In this document: positions 27,617 to 43,200 of the stretch, one piece after another | Position numbering within the stretch: the first letter of the stretch is position 1 | Layout: the number at the start of each line of letters is the position of its first letter | NCBI GenBank assembly: GCA_002269645.1 | Contig: NIVC01000190.1 | Location: forward strand, 186,001-250,000 | Reading direction: 5' to 3' | Length of the DNA stretch: 64,000 nt | From: Macrostomum lignano | Lineage: Eukaryota | The notes under the pieces: generated by a model | What the model was told of the DNA's origin: nothing | The model's database searches: none | Seen by the model: the letters and a program-made list of their open reading frames with translations, nothing else | Translations under genes and position numbers: made by a program

Positions 27617-29098
27617 TCACTGGAAGTTGAGCCCGGCAACCGCCTGCACGAAGTCGCTGTCCTCCACAAAGTCGGTGATGGCCACGTTCACGCCTTGGCA
27701 GCCGAGCGCCTTCTTGCCCTGCCGCAGCCAGCTCACGAAGGCCCGGTTGCCGGGCAGGCTGAGGGAATTGCGCAAGCTGCTCAGGGGATGCCGCAGGATG
27801 AAGCCGGCATCTGGCGTGAGCACAGCCTGCAGCACCAGAAAGTGGTTGCCATGTGGCATGGAGTAGGTGCGGTCCAGAGCCGCCACCATCTCGCCAATGT
27901 CGGTGGTGTTGGGCCACGGACTGGGCATCCAGGTGCCGCTCTCCCACAGGGCTGGCAGTTCGCTGCGGTCGAACTGGGAGGCCTGAAATGCCAGCACCGA
28001 CTGGTTCTGGGAGCGCAGCTGGGCCAGGCTCGGCACCTCGGAGGCTGGTGGGCTGAGGCGGCGGCCCAGCTTGGAGATGAGCAGCTGCTGGAAGGCCCGC
28101 ATGTCCGACAGGCTGTCCATGCTGTAGAAATGGTTGAAGTCCAGCAGCACCGCCTCGGCGGGGTGCGCCGCCACGAAGGTGGCCACCTGGGTGAACGAAA
28201 TGAATTAGTGAAATTGGGAATTATGGCGGACTGGTCTGAATGCGGTGAGTGACTGAGTGAATCAGCGAGTGACTGAGTGAATCACCGAGTGACTGAGTGA
28301 ATCACCGAGTGACTGAGTGAATCAGCGAGTGACTGAGTGAATCAGGGAGCGACTGAGTGAGTCAGGGAGTGACTGAGTGAGTCAGGGAGTGACTGAGTGA
28401 GTCAGGGAGTGACTGAGTGAATCAGCGAGTGACTGAGTGAATCAGGGAGTGAATGAGTGAATCAGGGAGTGAGTGAGTGAATCAGTTAGTGACTGAGTGA
28501 ATCAGCGAGTGACTGAGTGAATCAGAGAGTGACTGAGTGAATCAGGGAGTGACTGAGTGAGTCAGGGAGTGACTGAGTGAATCAGGGAGTGACTGAGTGA
28601 GTCAGGGAGTGACTGAGTGAATCAGGGAGTGACTGAGTGAATCAGGGAGTGTCTGTCTATGGCCCAGTCGCTCCTCACCTCATCCAGCGCATCCGGCACG
28701 CTAATGGCAACCAAAGAGTGCAGCAAATAGAACTGGCCCTTGATCAGCGCGACCCGAAGGTCCAGGTATCGAATCCCCGACTCCAGCTGACGTAGCAGAC
28801 TTAACGATTGAGTCTTGGACCAGCGCAGTACCAGCCGTCTGCCTAGCCGATTATTCAACAAAGCCAGCAGCAGCTCGGGTGAGTCCGGGCCCAAAGACCG
28901 GTTGAGATCGAAGCTCGAAGCGAAGCTATCGTGAGAGCCAGGCAGAGCCAGCTGGCACAGCGGCATCGCAGCAACAGCTGGTGGAAGCTGGGACATCCAG
29001 TTGGCGGGGTCGAAATTCGGGACCACGGCACCGTCTGGAGCTGCAGCGGCGGTGGCGCCGGCAGCTTCTGATGCTCTTGATGAGGATCGTCGAGACAT
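27617..29098 (-). CDS. PLCXD: PI-PLC X domain-containing protein, copy B; exons 29098-28679, 28186-27617
   Basis: NWMSQLPP...LCQLALPGSHDS, GPDSPE, RWSKTQSLSLLRQLESGIRYLDLRV...LLHSL. The terminal exon is almost identical to that of copy A. GAG|GTGAGG...CCCAG|GTG junction. Confidence 0.88.
28250..28650. repeat. 20-bp minisatellite (GTGACTGAGTGAATCAGGGA) in the PLCXD-B intron
   Basis: About 20 copies. Confidence 0.9.
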
Positions 29099-29124
29099 GC
29101 AAATAGACGCATGACCGATCAATG

Positions 29125-29635
29125 GTTAGTGGGTCAGTGTGGTGAGTCAGTGATTGGTGGGTCAGCGATTGGTGAGTCAGTGATTGGTGAGTCAGTGATT
29201 GGTGAGTCAGTGATTGGTGAGTCAGTGATTGGTGAGTCAGTGATTGGTGAGTCAGTTATTGGTAAGTCAGTTATTGGTGGGTTAGTGATTTGTGAGTCAG
29301 TGATTGGTGGGTCAGTGTGGTGAGTCAGTGATTGGTGAGTCAGTGATTGGTGGGTCAGTGTGGTGAGTCAGTGATTGGTGGGTCAGTGTGGTGAGTCAGT
29401 GATTGGTGGGTCAGTGATTTGTGAGTCAGTGATTGGTGGGTCAGTGTGATGAGTCAGCAATTGGTGGGTCAGCGATTGTTGGGTCAGCGCGGTGAGTCAG
29501 CGATTGGTGGGTCAGTGTGGTGTTCAGGGATTGGTGGGTCAATGATTAGTGGGTCAACGGGGTGAGTCAGCGATTGGTTGTTCAGCGGGCTGAGTCAGTG
29601 GGTCAGCGATTGGTGGGTCAGAGTGGTGAGTCAGG
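29125..29635. repeat. 15-bp minisatellite (GGTGAGTCAGTGATT) upstream of PLCXD-B
   Basis: Array abuts the 5' end of the CDS. Confidence 0.88.
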
Positions 29636-30105
29636 TATGAAATAGTTTTTAGGACTATATTGTATGCAAACAAGATTTGATGAAAAAACTAAAACACAAT
29701 TTAAGCGTTTTTTATAACAATAAATATAGCTGATTTCTATTTAATTATTACAAGCCATTTTTGCCGCGCACTATTGAGCCGCAGTATTGGGTCCTAGCGG
29801 TTGAAAATGACAAAAATACAATGCTTCAAAGGAATATCGATACAATCATTAAGCACATCGATTAGAGTCAAGGGAACGCTGTTGCGAGTGTATTAAAAAT
29901 CGAATTCAAAATTAATAGATTATAGCAAAAAATTCCTAATAGCGTTTCAACTATGAACTTTTTTCTTTGATTGATTATAAAACCAAGTAATTAAACTCGT
30001 TCACACTACTAGCAAAAGAGTAGCTTCAACGAGTTTTTTTGTTTGGTCAACTATCTTGGATTTTATTATTAATTAATTGTCTATGGCCAAACCTCTAAAT
30101 ATAAT

Positions 30106-31849
<1,744 letters not shown>

Positions 31850-31884
31850 GACTGATTAGTGCGGATTCAGCAATTGGGAAATTA

Positions 31885-33195
31885 GGTGATGGAGTAGATA
31901 GTGAAGTGGTTGGGTAGATAGTGAAGTGGGTAGTGAAGTGGGTGAAGTGGGTACACAACGAAGTGATGGGGTAGATGATGAGGTGATGGGGTAGATATTG
32001 AGGTTATGGGGTGGACAGTGAAGTGATGGGGTAGATAGTGAGGTGATGGGGTAGACAGTGAAGTGATGGGGTAGATATTGAGGTGATGGGGTAGATAGTG
32101 AAGCAATGGGGTAGATAGTGAAGCGATGGGGTAGATAGTGAAGCGATGGGGTAGATGATGAGGTAATGGGGTAGATGATGAGGTGATGATGTAGATAGTG
32201 AAGCGATGGGGTAGATAGTGAAGCGATGGGGTAGATAGTGAAGCGATGGGGTAGATGATGAGGTAATGGGGTAGATGATGAGGTGATGGGGTAGACAGTG
32301 AAGTGATGGGGTAGACAGTGAAGTGATGGGGTAGACAGTGAAGTGATGGGGTAGATAGTGAAGCGATGGGGTAGATATTAATGTGATAAGGTAGACAGTG
32401 AAGTGATGGGGTGGACAGTAAAGCGATGGGGTAGACAGTGAGGTGATGAGGTAGATGATGAGGTGATGGGGTAAACAGTGAAGTGATGGGGTAGATAGTG
32501 AGGTGATGGGGTAGATAGTGAAGCGATGGGATAGATAGTGAAGCGATGGGGTAGATATTAATGTGATAAGGTAGACAGTGAAGTGATGGGGTGGACAGTA
32601 AAGCGATGGGGTAGACAGTGAGGTGATGAGGTAGATGATGAGGTGATGGGGTAAACAGTGAAGTGATGGGGTAGATAGTGAGGTGATGGGGTAGATAGTG
32701 AAGCGATGGGGTAGATAGTGAAGCGATGGGGTAGATATTAATGTGATAAGGTAGACAGTGAAGTGATGGGGTGGACAGTAAAGCGATGGGGTAGACAGTG
32801 AGGTGATGGGGTAGATAGTGAGGTGATGGGGTAGACAGTGAAGCGATGGGGTAGACAGTGGGGTGATGGGGTAGACAGTGAGGTGATGGGGTAGACAGTG
32901 GGGTGATGGGGTAGACAGTGAGGTGATGGGGTAGACAGTGAGGTGATGGGGTAGACAGTGAGGTGATGGGGTAGATAGTGAGGTGATGGGGTAGACAGTG
33001 AGGTGATGGGGTAGACAGTGAGGTGATGGGGTAGACAGTGAGGTGATGGGGTAGACAGTGAGGTGATGGGGTAGACAGTGAGGTGATGGGGTAGACAGTG
33101 AAGTGATGGGGTAGACAGTGAAGTGATGGGGTAGACAGTGAAGTGATGGGGTAGACAGTGAGGTGATGGGGTAGACAGTGAAGTGATGGGGTAGT
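31885..33195. repeat. 20-bp minisatellite (GATGGGGTAGACAGTGAGGT) between TTC37 and DECR1
   Basis: About 65 copies ending ~35 bp before the DECR1 ATG. Confidence 0.95.
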
Positions 33196-33521
33196 TACAT
33201 AGGTGATGAAGGAAGCAACGAGGTGAATAATACGTATTGATAATGAGAATAGGGGTTTGTAGACAGTGAGCTGACAGGACCGGCTATTAGACAGTCTTAT
33301 AAATTAGACAAATAACTAGTTTACTATGTTAATAATAAAGAGCAGTTAGAGATTTAAGAAAATTTACTAATGATAATTCCAAACTATTACGGCTAACAAA
33401 TAACACTCGTAAAAACCGAATGAACGGGTTTATTTACTATTTATCGAATAATTTTACCTCACAAGGTAGCTAGACCGGTAAATTAGTAAAACAAAGTAAA
33501 GTAAATGTTTTTTTATGTTTC

Positions 33522-34725
33522 TTAAACCCGCACAGCATCAACAATGTCCGACAGAGCAGGATGGCTTGGCCAACTCGCGCATAGATGCTTCAGCGAGACT
33601 CGAACTCCGGACCTCAACGTACTTCCAGTACAGAGAGCTTTTAGCAAAGGCGAGACAGACAGACAAGCGGCCACTTCGTCCAGGTACTGGCGACCGACGT
33701 AACCTGCCGAAACCGCTGGCACTTTGATGCGGTCCAGCTGGCGAAGGCATCGGTCGAAAAGTGCAACAGAGCCCAACGATTTCAAACTCGAAACTGGCTT
33801 CGAGTCGTGCTCGAATTTCATCGTCGCCAAAGTGCGCAGAGCCGCTATCCAACCAGCCGCTTGCGATTGCTCAGCTGAGCAGCGAGTCAGCCGCAGAGCG
33901 GTTGCTATGGCAACGTTTGAGTCACCGGAGAGTAGAGCTTCGGTTACTTCGGTTAGGCCAATCTGAGGATCTGAGTCAGCGGTTCCCGGGGGCAACAGAT
34001 CGCGAAGCATAGTTAATCCTGGCGGCACCTGTGGAATAATTGCAAGTGATTATTTTGCTGTAGTGGGAAATGGGATGTTTATGAAATATGGGATATTTAT
34101 TAAATATGGTATATTTATGAAATAAATGATACTTATGAAATATGGGGTATTTATGAAATATGTGGTATTTATGAAATATGTGATATTTATGAGATACGGG
34201 TTATTTATGAAATAAGTGACATTTATAAAATATGGGATATCTGTGAAAAAAATGGATATTTATAAAAAAGGGGATATTTATGAAACTGGGATATTAGCTA
34301 AAAATAGGATAAACTGAAAAACACAGGATGTCAAGGAAAACGTGATATTTCTAGAAAGGATTAGGAAACTAGGAACAATATCAAGAGCACCCACCATAGC
34401 CGGCACGTAGTGTGACACATAGGCCAGTACACAGCGGACAACGTTGACATCTGCTGGCGCCCTCTCCAACGCCGACCGCATAGCGTCTTTGGCGGTGTCT
34501 TCCATGCTCAGGTGCTCCGCCGCCGCCATGAAGGTGGCCCACACGGAACCGGCCAGCTCGCTGTGGGTCACCCGTTCCACGGCCAAGCAGAAGTAACTGG
34601 ATGCCAGCTCCAGCTGTTCGTACGCGTCCGGTGCGTCTCTGGTTGACAGCTTCGCTATGCTGAACCCGATGTAGCACAGGTCCTGGGATGGGTTCGGGTT
34701 GCCGGCTGTTGCGTTTCGTCAGGAC

Positions 34726-34756
<31 letters not shown>

Positions 34757-34757
34757 C

Positions 34758-34824
<67 letters not shown>

Positions 34825-34825
34825 C

Positions 34826-34880
<55 letters not shown>

Positions 34881-34945
34881 CACAGACAAACAGACAGACA
34901 GACAGACACACAGACAAACAGACAGACAGACAGACACACAGACAA

Positions 34946-34976
<31 letters not shown>

Positions 34977-35036
34977 CACAGACAGACAGACAGACAGACA
35001 GAATGACAGAAAGACAGACAGACAGACAGACAGAAT

Positions 35037-35080
<44 letters not shown>

Positions 35081-35081
35081 C

Positions 35082-35112
<31 letters not shown>

Positions 35113-35121
35113 CACAGACAA

Positions 35122-35180
<59 letters not shown>

Positions 35181-35277
35181 CACAGACAGACAGACAGACA
35201 GACACACAGACAAACAGACAGACACACAGACAAACAGACAAACAGACAGACAGACAGACACACAGACAAACAGACAC

Positions 35278-35326
<49 letters not shown>

Positions 35327-35335
35327 ATGACAGAA

Positions 35336-35374
<39 letters not shown>

Positions 35375-35376
35375 AT

Positions 35377-35416
<40 letters not shown>

Positions 35417-37130
35417 GCTCCGCCTCTCACCTGAGCAGAAAGATCGCTGCCCAGGCAGTCCCGCAGGTAGTCAGCATTGGCCGCCACCTCCTCGTACCGA
35501 CCAGCCAGGCTGAGGCACCTCAAGCAGTTGGACACGGTGGCTCGCAGCTCCAACGAAGACTCCGGAGGAGCGGCGGCGGCAGCTTCGGCCGCGCCCTCGG
35601 CAAGCCGCATGTCATCCAAAGCGAGGCTGAACAAGTCCAAAGCGGTATTGGCAGCCTCTTTCATCAGGCCGAGACGTTCCAGGCACAATAGCCGGTGGTT
35701 GAGCAGGGCCAGGCGATCACGGGGGGTCTGGGCCAGAGGCTGAGCAGACTCGGACGCTGGAACGGCCAGCCTACTCAGGGCGTCAATGAAGTCGGCGGCT
35801 AGTCGGGAGTTTTCAGTTGGCAATTCTTCGCGCCCAGTGATTTCCAGAGCGACGCAGCGAACGAAACCGCGTAGGGCCTTGAGAAAGTTTTATGGATTCG
35901 TTTTTTCGATACATATCGGCAGTTGGATATTGAGCATGTGCGGAGTGGGAGTTTATGGGTTGGGGAAATTTTTATGAGTTTATTGGGTGGCGAGTTTATG
36001 GGGTGGTGAGTTTATGGGTGAGGAGTTTATGGGTGAGGAGTTTATGGGTGAGGAGTTTATGGGTGAGGAGTTTATGAGGTGAGGAGTTTATGGGGTGGTG
36101 AGTTTATGGGTGAGGAGTTTATGGGTGGTGAATTTTTGGGTGAGGAGTTTATGGGTGAGGAGTTTATGGGTGAGGAGTTTATGGTTGAGGAGTTTATGGG
36201 TGAGGAGTTTATGAGGTGAGGAGTTTATGGGGTGGTGAGTTTATGGGTGAGGAGTTTATGGGTGAGGAGTTTATGGGTGAGGAGTTTATGGGTGAGGAGT
36301 TTATGGTTGAGGAGTTTATGGGTGAGGAGTTTATGAGGTGAGGAGTTTATGGGGTGGTGAGTTTATGGGTGAGGAGTTTATGGGTGAGGAGTTTATGGGT
36401 GAGGAGTTTATGGGTGAGGAGTTTATGGGTGAGGAGTTTATGGGTGAGGAGTTTATGGGTGAGGAGTTTATGGGTGAGGAGTTTATGGGTGAGGAGTTTA
36501 TGGGTGAGGAGTTTATGGGTGAGGAGTTTATTAAAGTGAGGAGTTTATGAGTTGATGAGTTTACGGTGACGGAGCCTAGGTCGACGTTTATTAAGAGAAG
36601 AGTTTCTTGGATTTAAGTTTATATGAGTGATATTTTAGCGTGGAAATATTATAGTAGTAAGGTAATGAATTTTATTGTGGCAAAGGTTTTATGATATCGT
36701 AGTCTAAAGGGAGAGACCGACTTTACTTTGATAGATTTAAAGATTAAAGAGAGGCTACTTCGATATTAGGGTGCAGGATTAGGGTGTTACACAAAAGCCA
36801 ATTCGCTCACTTCTAATGGCGGATTAGCCAGGCTGCACGCGTGCCGCAGCAGATCCCGGGTCTGGTCCGCCCTGCCGTCCAGGCGCGCGGCCACGGCGCA
36901 TCCGGCCCAGGCTGCCGACGAGGTCGGATCCGCGTCTACCGCCTTGTTGAAGCAGGCGGCGCCGTGCTCCAGTTTGTACAGCTGGCAGTAGAACAGGCCG
37001 AGTGCGGTCCACACATCGGCTTGGCCGGGGTCCAGCTGCAGCGATTTGATGAAGCAGTGCTGCGCCAAGGCCCGGTTCTCTCTGTGAGTCTGAATGGGGG
37101 TATTTGGTTGGTTAGTTAGTTAGTTTTTTT

Positions 37131-37162
<32 letters not shown>

Positions 37163-37249
37163 GTTTGTTTGTTAGTTAGTTAGTTGGTCAGTTAGTTAGT
37201 TAGTTAGTTAGTTAGTTAATTAGTTAGTTAGTTAGTTAGTCAGTTACTC

Positions 37250-37288
<39 letters not shown>

Positions 37289-40200
37289 CAGTTAGTTAGT
37301 CAGCCAGTTAGTTGGTTAGCTAGTTAGTTAGTTAGTTAGTTAGTTAACTAGCTAGTTAGCTAGTTAGTATTCACTAGCTCACCTCAATCAAGCCCATGAT
37401 GTACCAAACATCCGGTCGATCAGGCCTCAGTTTCAACGAGCACAGGCAGTGTTCCGTTGCGCTATTCAACACTTCAGACTCTCTGCCGCCAGATCTGGAG
37501 GCTTCCGTCGCCGTCTCGGCGGACACGCGAAAGACGCGCAAGAGTACAAGTGCGCAGTCGAGTCGCGCATTGGATTCTAATAGACTACCGCCAGCTGAGC
37601 TTTGGCCTGCGATAGAGATGAAGCTTGATAAGTTTAAAGGTTTTTTCAGGCTTATAGACAGTTTATATAGGCAACAGACTTCAGTTTATATAGGCTACAG
37701 ACTGCAGTTTACATGGGCTACAGACTGCAGTTTACATAGGCTACAGACTGCAGTTTACATAGGCTACAGACTGCAGTTTATATAGGCTACAGACTACAGT
37801 TTAGATAGGCTACAGACTGCAGTTTACATAGGCTACAGACTACAGTTTACATAGGCTACAGACTGCAGTTTATATAGGCTACAGACTACAGTTTAGATAG
37901 GCTACAGACTACAGTTTATACAGATTAGTTTACATAGGCTACAGACTGCAGTTTACATAGGCTACAGACTGCAGTTTACATAGGCTACAGACTGCAGTTT
38001 ATATAGGCTACAGACTACAGTTTACATAGGCTACAGACTACAGTTTACATAGGCTACAGACTACAGTTTACATAGGCTACAGACTACAGTTTACATAGGC
38101 TACAGACTGCAGTTTACATAGGCTACAGACTGCAGTTTACATAGGCTACAGACTGCAGTTTATATAGGCTACAGACTGCAGTTTACATAGGCTACAGACT
38201 GCAGTTTATATAGGCTACAGACTGCAGTTTACATAGGCTACAGACTGCAGTTTAGATAGGCTACAGACTACAGTTTATACAGATTAGTTTACATAGGCTA
38301 CAGACTGCAGTTTATATAGGCTGCAGACTGCAGTTTACATAGGCTACAGACTACAGTTTATATAGGCTACAGACTGCAGTTATATAGGCTACAGACTGCA
38401 GTTTTATAGGCTACAGACTGCAGTTTTATAGGCTACAGACTGCAGTTATATAGGCTACAGACTGCAGTTTTATAGGCTACAGACTGCAGTTTATATAGGC
38501 TACAGACTACAGTTTACATAGGCTACAGACTGCAGTTTACATAGGCTACAGACTGCAGTTTACATAGGCTACAGACTGCAGTTTACATAGGCTACAGACT
38601 GCAGTTTACATAGGCTACAGACTGCAGTTTACATAGGCTACAGACTGCAGTTATATAGGCTACAGACTGCAGTTTACATAGGCTACAGACTACAGTTTAC
38701 ATAGGCTACAGACTACAGTTTACATAGGCTACAGACTACAGTTTACATAGGCTACAGACTGCAGTTTACATAGGCTACAGACTGCAGTTTACATAGGCTA
38801 CAGACTGCAGTTTATATAGGCTATAGACTGCAGTTTACATAGGCTACAGACTGCAGTTTATATAGGCTACAGACTGCAGTTTACATAGGCTACAGACTGC
38901 AGTTTAGATAGGCTACAGACTACAGTTTATACAGATTAGTTTACATAGGCTACAGACTGCAGTTTATATAGGCTGCAGACTGCAGTTTACATAGGCTACA
39001 GACTACAGTTTATATAGGCTACAGACTGCAGTTATATAGGCTACAGACTGCAGTTTTATAGGCTACAGACTGCAGTTTTATAGGCTACAGACTGCAGTTA
39101 TATAGGCTACAGACTGCAGTTTTATAGGCTACAGACTGCAGTTTATATAGGCTACAGACTACAGTTTACATAGGCTACAGACTGCAGTTTACATAGGCTA
39201 CAGACTGCAGTTTACATAGGCTACAGACTGCAGTTTATATAGGCTACAGACTGCAGTTTACATAGGCTACAGACTGCAGTTTACATAGGCTACAGACTAC
39301 AGTTTATATAGGCTACAGACTGCAGTTATATAGGCTACAGACTGCAGTTTTATAGGCTACAGACTGCAGTTTATATAGGCTACAGACTGCAGTTTACATA
39401 GGCTACAGACTGCAGTTTACATAGGCTACAGACTACAGTTTATATAGGCTACAGACTGCAGTTATATAGGCTACAGACTGCAGTTTTATAGGCTACAGAC
39501 TGCAGTTTATATAGGCTACAGACTGCAGTTTACATAGGCTACAGACTACAGTTTATATAGGCTACAGACTGCAGTTTTATAGGCTACAGACTGCAGTTTA
39601 TATAGGCAACAGACTGCAGTTTATATAGGCTACAGAACTACAGATTTTATATAGGCTACAAACTAATTATATATCCAACCTTACCCTTAGCAGCCATAGC
39701 CTGGGCCTGATTCAATCTACTAGCATAAGCATTGGTGCATCCCTGCAGTACACGGGACTGACAGGAGGTGCCATTAGGAATGAGCTGATTCAACTGCTCA
39801 GAGAAGGGCAGCTCATTTAGCAAAGCGGATTCGTAGACGCCAAGGCGATAGAGTGAGTCGCCCAGCAGTTTCCAGACGCACACAAGATTATTATTGATGT
39901 GCACGGCTTCGCAGGCGGCGTTGGCGGCCAAGGCCAGATGCTCGGCAGCGGAGAGGTGCTGGCCGCTGCCAGAGCAATCCACGCCAAGCTGCAGGTGGGA
40001 CTCGGAGAGCTGCTTGTAGGCTAGGAGCTTTAGGGATATCTGCGGAGGGTGGGGTGGGGATGCGGGCTTCACTTCAGATATGGTGCTGGGAACGGTGGGA
40101 ATGGGTGTGGGAATGGGTGTGGGGAATGGGTGTGAGGGATGGGTGTGGGAAATGGGTGTGAGGAATGGGTATGGGAATGAGTGTGGGGAATGGGTGTGGG

Positions 40201-43200
40201 GAATGGGTATAGGGAATGGGTGTGGGAAATAGGTATGGGGAATGGGTATGGAAATGGGTGTGGGGAATGGGTATGGGGAATGGGTGTGGGGAATAGGTAT
40301 GGGGAATGGGTATGGGGAATGGGTGTGGGGAATGGGTATGGGGAATGGGTGTGGGGAATGGGTATGGGGAATGGGTGTCGGGAATGAGTGTGGGGATCGA
40401 ATGGGTGTGGGGAATGGGTGTGGCGAATGGGTGTGGGGATCGAATGGGTGTGGGGAATGGGTGTGGGGAATGGGTGTGGCGAATGGGTGTGGTGAATGGG
40501 TGTCAGGAATGAGTGTGGGGATCGAATGTGTGTGGGGAATGGGTGTCAGGAATGAGTGTGGGGATCGAATGTGTGTGGGGAATGGGTGTGGGGAATGGGT
40601 GTGGGGAATGGGTGTGGGGAATGGGTGTGGGGAATGGGTGTGGGGAATGGGTGTGGGGAATGGGTGTGGGGAATGGGTGTGGGGAATGGGTGTGGGGAAT
40701 GGGCGTGGGGAATGTGTGTTTAGAATGGGTGTGGAGAATGAGTAGAAAAGAAATTTCCCAAAAGCAGAAAACGGAGCCTGTTAAGAAGGCATTTTGAATA
40801 CCTGGCTATCCCACAGTCAGCCGATGCACCGAAAGCATCCTCCTCAGACAGCAGCTGATTTAGCAGGCTGACAGCACGCAAAAACTGGCGCTGCTTGTGC
40901 AGCACGGAGGCCAACTGAAGTCGGGAGTACCAATCGTTTGGCGCGAGCTTAACAACTCGCTCGAATACCTGCAGTTGCGAAAGAGTTTTAAAAAGCTGTT
41001 GCACTTTGCAATTTGGCACAGCAAAAGTGTTCCTTCTAGTCATGCCGTTCCTTGTCTGAATGTTTGAGAATGGGGGCTAATTTTTCCCACTCTCATTCTT
41101 CCCGGTGTGACTCTTCCAACTTCAATGCTTCTATTTGGATTCTTCCCGCTTTGGGGAAGAAAAATTTCTCATATCTATTGTCCCTAGTCACATTCTTCCC
41201 ATATCTATAATCCTCACTTCCATTCTTCCCATATCTATAATCCCCACTCCTATTATTCCCATATGTTATCCCCAACTGCCCATTCTATTATCCCTAACTC
41301 TCATTCTTTCCCATATCTATTATCCTCACTCCCATTCTTCCCATATATATTATCCTCACTCCCATTCTTCCCATATATATTATCCTCACTCCCATTCTTC
41401 CCATATATATTATCCCCACTCCCACTCTTCCCATATATATTATCTCCAACTCCTATTCTTCCCATACCTGTTTTTACCACATATATTATCCCCACTCCCA
41501 TTCTTTTCATATCTACCATATTATCCCCACTCCCACCAGTCCGTGTCACCTTGCCAGCAGACTCGTAGCTGCCCCTAAGCCGATAGGCCTCTCCCAAGCA
41601 GGTCCAAGCGTGCGGATTAGACTTATCCAGGTGCACAACTCGCTGCAGACAGTCAATAGCGTCGTGATAATTGGCCATATTGAGGTGGGCCAGGCCCAGT
41701 TTAAAGTAGCACCACGGCGCCACCCTGTAGAACCTGGCAGCAAATCGGGTTAATAATTCAACACATTCGGTCTCGCGGTGACTGCGCAACAGCAAATCGC
41801 AGAGGCGTTTCAAAGCCGCCTCGTGATCGCCATCTAGCTGCTGAGCGCCTGAGTACATCTGCTCGGCTAGGGCTTCGTCATGCATGGCGTCCTCGGCGAG
41901 GCAGCCGTACCAGTAGTATGCGTCAGCGTAGTAGCTGGAGTTTGAGTTTTGAGAACGAGTTTGGAGGACGGATGGAAGCTAAAAACTTTTCTGTGGTGCT
42001 TCATTGGCGTTTCTTGGCGCTAACCTCTGTCTGTGGCGCTTAATTGGCGCTAAACTGTTTGCCTGTGGCGCTTAATTAGCGCTAAACTCTGTCTGTGGCG
42101 CTTTATTGGCGCTAAACTTTTCGCCTGTGGCGCTTTATTGGCGCTAAACTGTTTGCCTGTGGCGTTTTTTTTCCGCTAAACTTTGTCTGTGGCGCTTTTT
42201 TGGCGCTAAACCCTTTGCTTGTGGCGCTTACTTGGCGCTAAAATCTACCTGTGGCGCTTTATTGGCGGTAAACAAATACTCGTAATTTCAGGGCTGTGGG
42301 CACTCTGAAATCAACGCGACCCCCACAACCAGCGCTGACGGCAATTCTACCCATTCCGTTGACTCCTGAGCACATGCAAGAGCGCCAATACTGTACACAC
42401 GCTCACACAGGGTGTACAGCGGCCCTTTGACTTTCTAATCATCAGGCATGTACAGTCTCTGTGCCTTGGGGACTGAGCTGCACTCCTCCCCTACAATAAG
42501 CAGGAAGATCGACAGCAGCGTCAAACTAACCGATCTTCCTCGGTGCAGCGGCGCAACTGAGCAGCGATCTCGGCAGGCTCCTGATTCAAAGCCCACATAC
42601 AACGAGCCAGCATCAATCGATCCCACGGTCGCCGCCGAATCAATCCGACGCCTTCAACAGAATCGGCCTCCTTAATTCCTAGATTAATCAACTCGTCAAG
42701 TAGGTCCCGAGCTCGACTCCAGTCGCCGGCTTGAAACGCTAGAAACGCTTGAACTCGACGTCCAATTAAACCGCGCTTGCTGGGCCAAACAGCTGAAGCT
42801 TTTTCAAGCCGTCCAAGCCGGCCAAGAGCGATCGACAGGGAAGCTGACACCCAATAACTCCAGTCCTGGATGTCCTCCTGGTTGGTGTAGTCCTCAGCAG
42901 CCGCCTGAGCAGACATTGCCTCGAGTTCGCCGGCCGTCAACAGCTGCTCGTCGGCGTAGCAAGCCAGACAGCGCCATCCGATGCGTCGCGACCAGCCGTC
43001 CAGCAGGTGCCGGGCTCCGCTGGTCAGACAGCAGATTTTCCTATGCTGACTGACCGAATCCGCCACCGATTGAAGCTGCTGGAGAGCGGCCGAGCAGTCG
43101 GCGTATCGACGGCTGGCCTTGGCGCACAGGACGCCAACGAGAGCGGAGACAATGGAACCCGACGGAGCGGAGAGGGCCACGGCTGCTTCGATGGGAGCGG

